Below are positions 48,601 through 60,044 of a DNA stretch of 64,000 nt, piece by piece. How positions within the stretch are numbered: position 1 is the stretch's first letter; each line of letters opens with the position of its first letter. The DNA comes from Owenia fusiformis (Eukaryota). The DNA lies in the NCBI GenBank assembly GCA_903813345.2, contig CAIIXF020000001.1, positions 11,904,001-11,968,000 of the forward strand, read 5' to 3'. The notes under the pieces are model-generated. The model ran no database searches. It was not told the DNA's origin and saw only the letters and a list, made by a program, of their open reading frames with translations. Position numbers and translations under genes: made by a program.

Positions 48601-51600
48601 GTAATCAGTGATTGAAAGTGCATAATAGGCCCAGTATATAAACGTTGAAGCTAGCGTTGCGTACTAGGCTTTTGACCCAGGCTACTAAATAGGTTTCTGT
48701 TTGATTTAAGCTTTTTTAGCAAATCTGCTTTTAAATTTCTTCTCTTTATTTAGTTTCCTTTTTTCTTTCCGGAATATGGTAACCAATGTGAACTATGTAT
48801 TGTATAATCATTTTCGTATGGAATAAATCAATGATTAGCATATGTTTATGTACATGATGTAGTTCAATTTATACTAAAATAAAGTTACCAAGTCGCTGTA
48901 TTTAACTTTATATTGTAGTGTAAACCAATGCAAAGCTGAAATCAATGGACCTCATGCGTGTACGCGTTACGTACCCCATGATTAAGCAAGTTGGAATAAG
49001 GCATCGTATACTAATGACATTTTCAGATATTCAAAGTACACATGTAAATGTTAATACGTAATTAACAATCTGACTATACGATCACGGATTGTTGACTTAG
49101 GTATAGCATATCTTGCAGCCGTTTACCTCAAAGTCAACTGGCCTTCTCTGTCGACTTTCACGGCCTCTTCCAGTGTTTCCCGTCAATATTTTGGCATTGT
49201 GACCTAAAAATAATAAATGTCCACGTACATATCGTCTTTTACACATGTGTTTTAATTCAGTTTTTAAATATAATTCAACTTCGACAATCGTCTTCAAGTA
49301 CACAGTGCAATGAAAAGAAGAATCTCCAAAAAGGGGAATCCCCAAATTTTCTAATTGAACTTAATTCCTAATTCCGGTCAATCTTTTCAGACAAATTGTC
49401 AGGGTTTTAATTAATTTTTAAGTTTATTATGTCGATCTTTTAAAAAAATTAATATTCAATATCAAATTAAAATGAACTTCATGTAGTTTTCCATTCCAGA
49501 TTTGCATAATATATCATATAAAGACGGAGACATAAAATACTCACATTAAAATATGGCGCCAATTGGAAAGAAACACCAAGATCAACAATGAATTATAATC
49601 GATCAACCTTTTACGTAGATATAGATTCTAAAATGAAACTAGGTATCAACATGTGTCAATTTATTCATTAATACTAATACAAATATTCGTATATATCAAT
49701 ATATCGTATGGACGATATTAGGCAGTGTTGGCTGTCATTAGGTTGTGTTGGACGCCATTATAAGTTATTGAATAATTTGAAGTGCAATACAGGATATATT
49801 CTGTTCGAGAAATTCCGTATTGGAACGAGACGAAGTCGAGTGCCAATACAGAATATCGAGACAGAATATATCCTGTATTGCACTTCGAATCATTCAATAA
49901 CGTTTTTATCGTGTTATCCTCTGTATTGCTACTGAGATTGTCTCCTCCGTACCAATATTTTCTGTATTGCGACGGAGATGATCAACGCGGACAATCTCAG
50001 TAGCAATACAGATTGGTACAGCACAAGAACTGACCAATCAGAGGGCTTCATTTTACAGATCATGCGATAATAGGTTGTGTTGGATGCCATTAGGTACTGG
50101 ACGGAATTAGGTGATTCTACCCTAGTTGTTTTGGCAAGGCAAGGGAATGGAGCAAGTGGCTGATTGTTATATTTATAAAACATTAAAACGAGTGTATTAA
50201 ATTGCAGGTAGAGTCCAAGTGGCTGATAGGTATATTTATAAAACATTAAAACGAGTGTATTAAATTGCAGGTATTTGTTGTGGCAAGACAAGAGAATGGA
50301 GCAAGTGGCTGATTGGTGAGATTTGGAGCCTATTGTGGATGGTACTGCAGTTGCTGTTCACATGTGTTTGCTTACTGTAAGTAACAACTCTATGTACAGA
50401 GTGTCCCGAAAGTATAGGACCTCCCTAGATAGACATAAACCAATGTCTGCATGGTATGTGTCTACCTAAGGGGTCCCATACTTTTGGGACAGCCTGTACA
50501 TTAGGAAAAAGCATATAATCATCCTTCTCAGTCTCAGATGTTGCTAGATTATCGGGGGTTCCATTGTCTCACAATAATACAGTGAAACCTGTATATCTGA
50601 ACACCTCTCTAATCCGAACACTTCTCAATGTGAACACTTTTTCTCGGTCCCAGATTAGTTTAAACTTCCATTGACCTACATGTTGAAAAAACACGAAATC
50701 TGAACACTTGTTCCTTGAAACACGTTTATTTGCTCCCAGAGGTGTTCGGATTAGTCAGGTTTTACTCTCAGTAATGCTAAATATCAGTCATGTAACATAG
50801 TAATGTGAATCAAGGTGAAGTGAGAATGTATGCAATTAGTAAGTTGACATTTACTTTTAATGAACTGTGATTTATTGACAGCGTTTAATATTGATTAATT
50901 CCTTCTTCATTAGGGATGATGTCTGTAATTCCCAACAGTTGTTCAAGAAGAAAAGTTAATTCATAAAGGGGGATTGATTTCTATTGTGAAGAGTTAATGA
51001 TTTTTTAATTTTCAAGTGTTTTTTCTATAGTATATGAGTTTATTACATTACTTAACAAAAGTATCCAAATAATCGATTTCCAAAGTGAAAAATGTTAGTG
51101 GCAATTTTTAAACCTGCACATCGCTCCAAAACGCAATATGTTGACATATATTGTTTTTACATTTTCAAGCTCTAATATAAAGTTTATGTAAATAAAAATT
51201 GTTTTTTTCTGCGTAATATCAAAGAACAATCATTTAGTTAAAAAAAATAAAAAGGCGAATGCGGGATTCGAACCCGGGCCTCCCGCGTGCTCAGCGAGGA
51301 TTCTACCGCTACACCACCGTATTAGTATGGATGATGTAAGTAATTAAACGCTACTTATTTTGAATGCTATGATTCGGAAGTGACGTCACGTTCTTCATTT
51401 AGAAACCTTTCCAAAATCATATCGCCGGCTCCGATCGAAGCAAATTCAATGAAAAATCTTTGAAATGACACATTTATCGTAAGTATTTCTACACAAGATT
51501 TGCCCCATTTGTTCATCATTCTATAATCTTTCATTAAGCTCAAAATGATAAAGTTCACCCCCGAAACAACCCAAGATTGCGTTTCGGAGCGTAGTCCAGC

Positions 51601-54600
51601 TTTAAGTGAAAGGCCAATTTTGTTGGGAGGGGGTTCATTTTCCACAACTTTTGGGATTTCATAGATCCTATGTTATTTTGTGTTATTCATAATACCTTCA
51701 AACACTAACCTAGTTCTATAAGAGGCTGGAAGTTAATGAACTGTGTTGTAAGATGTCTCCCTGGTCAATATCAATTCATTAAACTCATTAGCCTCAAACT
51801 CATTTTATTTCATCAAGGTTGTTTGAACATTGACTGATCCTTTTTCGATTGTTGTTGTTTGATGTAGATAAGTGGTGACATATTGTTAAAGACTCCAACT
51901 TTTTTGTGGATGGTTTAACGTCCGGTGACTGGTGGTGGTTGACATCTGTAACAAATGGCAGGTTGTAAAATTTTGCATGTTAATGCCATGTTATATTATT
52001 GAGGAATCAATTTGAATTTTATTATACTTTCAGATTTGTGGTGTTGAAGAGGGCATGCAGTACAGTTGTAGCGTTTATATGTTCCAAATTTAACACACAT
52101 TTTAAATGGGGCAAGTCTAACGAGAACTATTTTGACGCTTCGGGTCCGGGAAAATATCGTGGACATCGTGGATTAGAAGAAAATATAGTCCTACCTTCTA
52201 CAGGAGATGAAGCTATGAAACGACTCTTAGCTTGTAAAGGAAAAGACCCTTATAGGTGAGATATGAGAATATGTGATACATTATCACTTTGCTGTTCATA
52301 TTTACATTTTAAAGCACTATTTCCAACTATTAAAATCTGAAAGAGTGTAGAAATGTAGTTTACTTTGTAATTTTTAGGGGTGAGACGAGTCGAAAAAATC
52401 CGATTCGAGTCGAATCCGATTCGAGTCAGAAAATGACGATTCGAGTTTCGAATCCGTTTCGAGTCAGATAAAGTGCGAACAACATCGCTTTTGACCGTTC
52501 GTATTTTTAATGCGTCAATGCTGGAAAGCCGGAAATATAAACAAACACAATTCGTTGTAAGTTTATTCTGATTTTATTACATATATTCTTTCATTTATGT
52601 GTACATACAATATAATAATTTAATACAAGCATATCCAAGTCATTGAAACTTATATATTCAACGCAATATCGAGTAAAAACATGCATATTGACAGTATTTT
52701 TCTGAATTTTTTTATTTTTTCGAATTTTTTTCTCAACTCGAAAATGATTCGATTCATCAACTTCGACTCGATTCGACTCGACTCGAAGCCCCAAACCCGC
52801 GAGTCCTCGACTCATCGGGTTGTCGTCTCACCCCTAGTAATTTTGTTTCACCACACTCTGTGTTTAACTTGTGATTTTGTTTCAGTATACTTGGTGTTAA
52901 ACTCGTGATTTTGTTTTTAGCATACTTGGTATTAAAATTGTGATTTTGTTTTGGCATACTTGGTGTTAAACTTGTAATTTTGTCTCAGTATTCTCAGTGT
53001 TAAACTTATGATTTTGTTATGTCACATATGTTAAACTTGTGATTTTGTTTCAGTATTCTTTGTTTTAAACTTGTGATTTTTCAGTATTCTTGGTGTTTCA
53101 ATTTTCATGATGTTTAAATTGTGATATTGTGTAACTTATGATTTTGTTCCAGTATTCTTGTTGTTAAACATGTGATTTTGTTTCAGTATTCTTGGTGTTA
53201 AACTTGATGCAACTGATGATGAAATTAGGAAATACTACCGTAAACAAGCTGTTCTAGTCCATCCAGACAAGGTAACATTTCAACTACACTCTGTTAAGCA
53301 TGATAAAAGGCAAGAAGTTTAGTTAGAAATAAAAGAGTTATCTCATGAATGGGACCCTTACATGGCTCCTAAAAGGTAGAAGACACTAAATGGTGTGACA
53401 CTATAAGCTGAATTTTGTCCACATAGAGCATGTGCACAATACTAAAGACATGTAAAATTGAACTGTCAAAATAATAGAAATTACTCACCAGCTCGCCTCT
53501 ACCGGAAGTTATGATACGTTATGGTGTAACTACAGTAATTAATTTTAAAATATTGAAAAAATCAACAACATTCAATTTCTAGGGTGTACAACCATTTTCG
53601 AGCGAATTTGCCGATATAATAACAATATTTTTGAGTTTCCCTAGGCTATATGTAAACTTCATCAATACACAGTATATTCAACATAGGTTTTGCTTCTCGA
53701 TTTTTAAATATCACTATGCAAAGACAGGGACTCATTTTAGGTAAAATCATTGCTTCACCAATGAAAATTAAAGGGAACGTTAGCTCACAAAATAAATAAA
53801 TCCATTACAATGTTAAGTATATGATTTGAAAGATTGTCTGGATTATATGTGTGATCGATTGATGCATAAACAAACATATTCATTTCAACTTGCAGACCTC
53901 CATTCTGGCTCATGTATAGGCCTAAGACGCCATATTGCCTTATGTATTGTACTGCCCATGCGTGCATATTTAATGCGTGACGTCACATCGACAGAGATCA
54001 GCGATCAAGTTTGACTAAAAAATTAAAAGGTCCACACTTAACAGCACAAAAATGATATCAATGATCGCCTATTTCATATCAAATAAGTGTAGGATGTAAG
54101 GTTTAAAATTTTTCATGTTATTTAGTATTTACAGAAGCAGAGCTTGTAAAGAAACCAAGTTTTAAATTTCGATTTTGACTGTTGACAAAAATAAAGAAAA
54201 GAGAGAAAGAGGCGACTTGTTAGAAACAATGACATGAAATTGTGAATAAAAAAGATATTATTGTGGGTTTTATTTTTTGAGAGTTCATCAAATACACTCA
54301 TGTGTATTAATTTAAATATGCATTGTAAAACCTCTCAGTTCTACCAAGCATTATAAAAACTGATCGAAATGGCTTCGTTTTTAAAGTATAAAAAACACTA
54401 CCCTACCCGGAAGTAGTATAACATGTATATTGAAACCATGTGCAAACTGTAAATCACGTGAATTGGCTGATGCAATCAGGATGTGACTAGTACAAAGTAA
54501 CTATGATGCAATCAGGATATGACTTGTGCAAAATAATTGGCTTCACCTAGAATTCGCGATCTTTGCTCTTTAGCATAATATGAAGACATGTTTTGTGTTT

Positions 54601-57600
54601 AAGTAGCTAGATTCAAATACAAACTAAATGAATATAACATAAACCAACCATCATTTGTTCCAATCATGGCGAATTTTCAAGGAAATACGTGTAACTGAAT
54701 GTAAATCAACAGCGGAGCTCTTCAATTATGAGGTGAGAAAAATGTAAAAATAAAAACAAAAATAAATCTCACAGAATAGAGCTATTTATACGATTCTAAG
54801 TACATTTTAAGTGCTCCATACATTAATGTAAGTATAAAAGCCATTAACCTCAACTGGGAAGCACTTTCCAACTATTTTTACGGCTTGAATTGTAATAAAA
54901 TGGCACTTATCTCAAAAAATGGAAATTTGAAAGAAGCTCAATTTATTGTGAAGATGAAGTTTATATATATCTGTATGGGGGTGCGAATATATAGTCATAG
55001 TATGGGCTAATTCGCTTAAAAATGGCGATATATACCTCAGAACTTGTATTTTGTGATTTTTTCAATATTTTAAAATTAATTACCGTAGTTACACCATAAC
55101 GTATCATAACTTCCGGAAGAGGCGAGCTGGTAAGTATATTTCAGTTCTTTTGACAGTTCAATTTTACATGTCTTTAGTATTGTGCACATGCTCTATGTGG
55201 ACAAAATTCAGCTTATAGTGTTACACCATTTAGTGTCTTCTACCTTTTAGGAGCTATGTAAGGGTCCCATTCATGAGATAACTCTTTTATTTCTAACTAA
55301 ACCTCTTGCCTTTTATCATGCTTAACAGAGTTTAATAATATCATAAATAGTCAGTGATTCAATTTACCGAGGTAAAGCATAACTTCATTTCAAAGGGCAA
55401 CATGGTGCCCAATGGCCAAGATTTCACTTTTTTTAATCACCATCTATTGAAAATTAAGCACAAAATTGTTATTCGGCCTGGACCAAGGAGGATAATGGCC
55501 ACTATGGCGCCACCTATTGGTCAGATCTGTATAGTAAAATGTAAGCTTTCTAATGTAGTACTTATACCCTGAGAACAGGCCTAGCAAGGTAGTGATAATA
55601 ATGTTGTAATACATTTTCATTACAAAAATAATGCTAGAGTAAATACATTCTCTCCAGTTGGCTCCAACTATTGCTCAAGTCAATGTTGTAAAATATAAGC
55701 CTTCTAAACTAGTACTTATACTCTGAGAGCAGTTCTCACAAGTGGTTGTAATCATAATTCATATTTATTTCAATTCCGCATGTACGCTTCAATCATGGAT
55801 CCTATGTGTTAAGGCTCAATATGATCTTTTATTTCATTGATTATAAATGATTTCAGAACAAACAACCTGGTGCTGAAGAGGCTTTCAAGATACTTGGACA
55901 TGCATTTGAACTCATTGGAGAACCGGTAAGATTCATGGTCATAAACATGTTAGAGAATGAACACAAGGTTGTGTACATTATTCCAAAGAGCATGATTAGC
56001 CACGTTTCACGTTAGAGCAGTGTAATACGCCAATCCTGATATTCTATTTGTCATGCATACAATCTTTAAAGCAGCACTCTGGAAGGAACTTATAATGTTT
56101 GGTCCAGTACTAGATTGTGAAGAATATATGAAGCATGTTTCCGAAGTAACTACTGATAATTTTTGTTTCAAAAATAAGTTGTCATTATTTCATGTTTCAG
56201 AGTAAAATAGTTATATTGTGTTATTTCAGAAGTAACATGATTTTGTATGTTTCAGGAGAAGCGACGCTTGTACAATTCTCAGGAGTTTGAGGCTGCAGAA
56301 GCAGAGGCTGCCATGGTAACTTAAGACATTTTATTTTGAGGCTATTTCATTACACTGTAATGAAACAGTTTATATTAAAGCTATTTGAAATCAACAGCTC
56401 ATTTGTGTTGTCTTATTATCTAAATAAATGAATTCAATCATCTCTCAGTACGAACACTTTCTCTCAGTCCAAATCACCCATAAACTCCCTTGAAATGGGA
56501 ACATCTGCTTTTCTGAACACTTTCTCTCAGTCGTAATGGCATTAAAATAAGACAAGTTTTACTATATAATTAGTATTAATTACTTATGCAGTCAATAAAA
56601 TATCCAACTTCGTGGACATTGGTTTCTGCCTTGGCAGTTGGTTGTGTTTGTAATGCCATCTAATATAAAATTCACATTTATGATGGATATAAGCAGAATA
56701 AAAATTCAAACATGTTAGAAATTTGATGAATTACATTCCTAAATATTAAGTTTGTGACTTTCAGAAAGAATTTGCTGATCTTCTTACAAAACTACAGGAA
56801 AAGATGCAAGAGGTAAGACACAACATCTGAGTGCCTAAAATACATAAACTAATATTACAATAGCCATTCAGTAACCTTCTATAGATTGCTCTTTACATAT
56901 ATTGTCAATTGTCATAGATTATTGTCTGTTGAAGATCAATAAGATATTATTCACATAAAGAAGTAGAGAAATCAGAAGGCTATCAGAAATTCAAAAATAT
57001 TTAACAGTATTTATTAAGTTTGACCATGGGATTTGTTAATCCATTTAGGCTTCGAACCTGATGCGTTGTGACCATTGCGGAGGCAAGCATAGGAGGTTCC
57101 CTGTAGATAGACCCTGGTACAGTGCAAGATTCTGTGATAGATGTAACGCTAGACATTCTGCTAAAGAGGTGGGTGATTTTTCGATATAGACTTGCATCAG
57201 AAACAATGTACATGTATTGCTTGCCAGGGCAGAAATACACACTTGTAATTTTGAAATATAGTTTGTCTGTATTCATTTTAATAGGACCATAATCATACGT
57301 GGGTTAATCATGCATGAATTGAAGGCCACATTATCATAATACCATCTCATCTTATCTATATTTTTGAAAATGGAATAGGGATTAGATCTGGCATATTCTT
57401 TACACCATACTATTAGCAATAAGAGAACCCATTTACCTAGATTGACTATAATGTCAAGATATTACAAAATGATTGAGGATATTGGATTATCATGACCACC
57501 ATAAACTTTCATCTGATAAGGCATCAGCCATGTTGAAAGACATTGCAAGCCTGTCCAGACCAATGACTAAGCAAGAACAGTACTCTGTTTATGAATTAGA

Positions 57601-60044
57601 TATTCCTTTTTTCATTAAATAAATTTTGGCTGCTTTGTGAAAAAAAAATGAAAACTTGTTATTTTCAGAAGGCAAAAGATGACAACTATTTGGGAGTAAA
57701 TGGCTATTGAACACAGAGAACAATATCTGTTAAAACCGTGTTCTCTCATTTTTCAGGGAGATCTCTGGGCTGAGAGTACTATGTTAGGCTTTTACTGGCA
57801 CTACTACGCCTGCATGGAGGGTGGTGTCTATGACATCACAGAGTGGGCGTCATGTCAAAGGGAAGGATTCAAACACCTACAGGCCAATGCTCATCACGTC
57901 ATGTATAGGATAGCCACTAACGCTAGTCGACATCACAACCAGGCACGATCAGGGTAAAGGAGTTTGAATCATTTTGCTTTGTCATTCTTGATGTACTGTG
58001 ATGTACTTGTTTTTAAGTGATTTTTCATCATGATGAAGACTAGTCTCAGTGTGGAGAACGAAGTTCATCAGTCTACTGCATGTTACGCCTGCTTTGGACA
58101 ATTTTGATATTTTTACATATTGTAGATTTATATGTCATCTTTTGAATATCCATAATTTAATTTGTGTGTTATTTCAATATTTTTCATGAAAAAATTATTT
58201 GCGCAGTAGACTGATGAACTTCGATCTCCAAACCGAGACCTGTCTTTTATTGAATCGGTCTGCTGCATGTTACGCCTGCTTCAGACAATTTCTATATTTT
58301 TACATATTTTAGATTTAAATGTCCTCTTTTGAATATTCTTAATTTAATTTGGGTAAGATTTCTAGATTTTTCGAGAAAAATATTAGCGCAGTAGACTGTT
58401 CTCCAAACCATGACTTGCCTTTTTCATTATTATCCCATCGAAACGAAGTTCGGAGGGATATAGGGAACGCCTCTGTCCGTCCGTCTGTCCGTCCGTCCGT
58501 CCGTCTGTCCGTCCGTCCGTCCGTCCGTACGTACGTCCGTCCGTCCGTCCGGGCAATAACTCAAATACCGTTGGCCCGATTTTGTTTATATTTTGTACAC
58601 ATATACCCTATGGGGGTAGAACTTCTGCTCGAAAGCCGATTTTCAAAATGGCCACTCATTTCAAAATGGCGGCCATTTTAGTGCCGAATTTACAGTAATT
58701 TAGGTGCAATATGTAAAACTGTAATAGCAATATGTTTTAGATGTAAAAAAATTATATAGGACATTAATAAAGCTAGAAATGTAGATATTAAAGAAGCACA
58801 TGGCAGCCATCTTGAAAAATGGCGGCCTTTACTCGTTATTTTACGATTTTTGCTGTAACTCGAAAAGTAGTGGAGTGGTTTTGTTCATATTTGGTATGTG
58901 AATACTATAAACATTGCTCACTGTCTAAAGACACTTTTGGTAGAAGGTGGCCATTTTATAAAATGGCCGCCATTTTGAAAAATGGCCGCCATTTTAACCT
59001 ATTTTACTATAACTCGAAAAGTAGTGAAGCGATTTTGTTCATATTTGGTATGTGAATACTATAAGGATGGCACACTGTCTAATGACACTTTTGGTAGAAG
59101 GCGGCCATTTTTCAAAATGGTCGCCATTTTAACGTATTTTACTATAACTCGAAAAGTAGTGAAGCGATTTTGTTCATATTTGGTATGTGAATACTAACAG
59201 CATGACACACTATCCTATGACACTTTTAGTAGAAGGTGGCCATTTTGAAAATTTTTTTGAAAAATGGCCGCCATTTTAATGTATTTTACAATAATTCGAA
59301 AAGTAGTGAAGCGATTTTGTTCATATTTGGTATGTGAATACTGTAAGCATGGCACACTGTCTAATGACACTTTTGGTAGAAGGCGGCCATTTTTGCTATA
59401 TACTTTGTTTGTAAAAATGCCATCCATGGCTGTTCGATGGGATTCGCTACGCTTTGGCGTTGCCGTTGTTCTGGTTATTTATTCGGTTGAACCATTGAAT
59501 TTTTTGTTGATCTTTTTGATCTTTATTAGATTAGAAATGAACGACTTTTCTTGTCTTGAAATGACAGAATAAATAACTATGGTACCCATTTTAAATTAGA
59601 TTTTAAGTTGCCTTGTTAATGTTGAAATAAGGAGTTCAATATCAATAGATGGCAACTTTGAATTTGCACTCAATAATTTCAATATTTCTTGCATAATCTC
59701 AAAAATACAATGCAATACTAAAACAGCTTAACTTGATGTTGAATTTGTAAGAGCATAGGCAGGAGAACTTAACTTTGTTACTATTCTAGTCTAATTTGGA
59801 ATAACTTATGCACAAATCAGTCCATATGCATATCAGTCAAAATTTTTTCTTTTTCAGTTTGAAGAAGCAAGGGGAAGAACTGGAAGACTTTATCAACCAT
59901 TTGTTTCACAATTCTCGGCCAACGGAAGGCGCTACCCAACAACCACCTGATGCTCACGGTTACCCTGGCAACCAACAAACAACACAACCATCTTGGAATT
60001 CCTCTAGTAAAAATAAGAAACGTGGTAAAAAGAAGCGACATTAG
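39676..60044 (+). CDS. DNAJC14: DnaJ homolog subfamily C member 14 (J domain + Jiv90 domain), ~851 aa
   Basis: Exons 39676-41137, 50271-50376, 52034-52255, 53187-53271, 55857-55925, 56256-56315, 56765-56812, 57049-57168, 57757-57953, 59858-60044 (2556 nt, phase-consistent). Long low-complexity N-terminus, hydrophobic segment, DPYSILGV..YRKQAVLVHPDK..AEEAFK J domain, CDHC/CDRC..H.AKEGDLWAE..YDITEWASCQ Jiv90 domain. Confidence 0.95.
43068..43977 (-). mobile_element. Helentron/HINE-like element (family A), reverse orientation
   Basis: Reverse complement of both termini of 5097-5834; (ccgt)n at 43112-43122; internal aaaatggcggccattt tandem units. Confidence 0.72.
44330..50315 (+). repeat. 86-bp tandem array (~34 copies to 47285, about 2 more after 50123) of a DNAJC14 splice acceptor plus first 45 nt of the exon
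   Basis: Unit gtatatttataaaacattaaaacgagtgtattaaattgcag|GTATTTGTTGTGGCAAGGCAAGGGAATGGAGCAAGTGGCTGATTG; final copy is the real exon at 50271; interrupted by an insertion at 47286-50122. Confidence 0.95.
47286..50122. mobile_element. 2.8-kb non-autonomous TA-targeting DNA transposon inserted in the 86-bp array
   Basis: TIRs ggggaagatcacctaattccatcca / tggacggaattaggtgattctaccc; TA duplication splitting gcaggta|gttgtt; subterminal cctaatcccgtcca repeats; no transposase ORF seen. Confidence 0.88.
50397..50496. mobile_element. ~100-bp Tc1/mariner-type MITE
   Basis: ta|cagagtgtcccgaaagtataggacc ... ggtcccatacttttgggacagcctg|ta. Confidence 0.7.
51254..51323 (-). pseudogene. tRNA-Gly-derived pseudogene or tRNA-like repeat
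   Basis: GGTGGTGTAGCGGTAGAATCCTCGC-TGAGCAC-GCGGGAGGCCCGGGTTCGAATCCCG closely follows eukaryotic tRNA-Gly(GCC) with A/B boxes and a downstream T run, but the acceptor stem does not pair and the anticodon loop is altered. Confidence 0.7.
52375..52836. mobile_element. hAT-type MITE
   Basis: taggggtgagacga / tcgtctcacccccta-type TIRs; 8-bp TSD gtaatttt; subterminal gattcgagtc repeats. Confidence 0.9.
52837..53205 (+). repeat. Degenerate ~33-35-bp tandem array (~10 copies) of the J-domain exon acceptor plus exon start
   Basis: Unit tgtgattttgtttcag|TATTCTTGGTGTTAAACT; the last copy is the real exon at 53187. Confidence 0.88.
53288..55331. mobile_element. 2-kb element with ~270-bp near-perfect TIRs
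   Basis: actctgttaagcatgataaaaggcaag...ttttaaaatattgaaaaaatc (53288-53563) is the reverse complement of ~55056-55331; no TSD or ORF recognised. Confidence 0.85.
58429..59476 (-). mobile_element. Helentron/HINE-like element (family B), reverse orientation
   Basis: Reverse complement of 14318-15975 without the nested MITE; long (ccgt)n microsatellite at 58475-58550. Confidence 0.78.

Noticed and set aside
58349-59572. ORFs with KMAAIL/SVRP repeats (also at 14319-16001 and 43192-43706)
   Set aside because: Translations of non-coding HINE-like tandem units and microsatellite.
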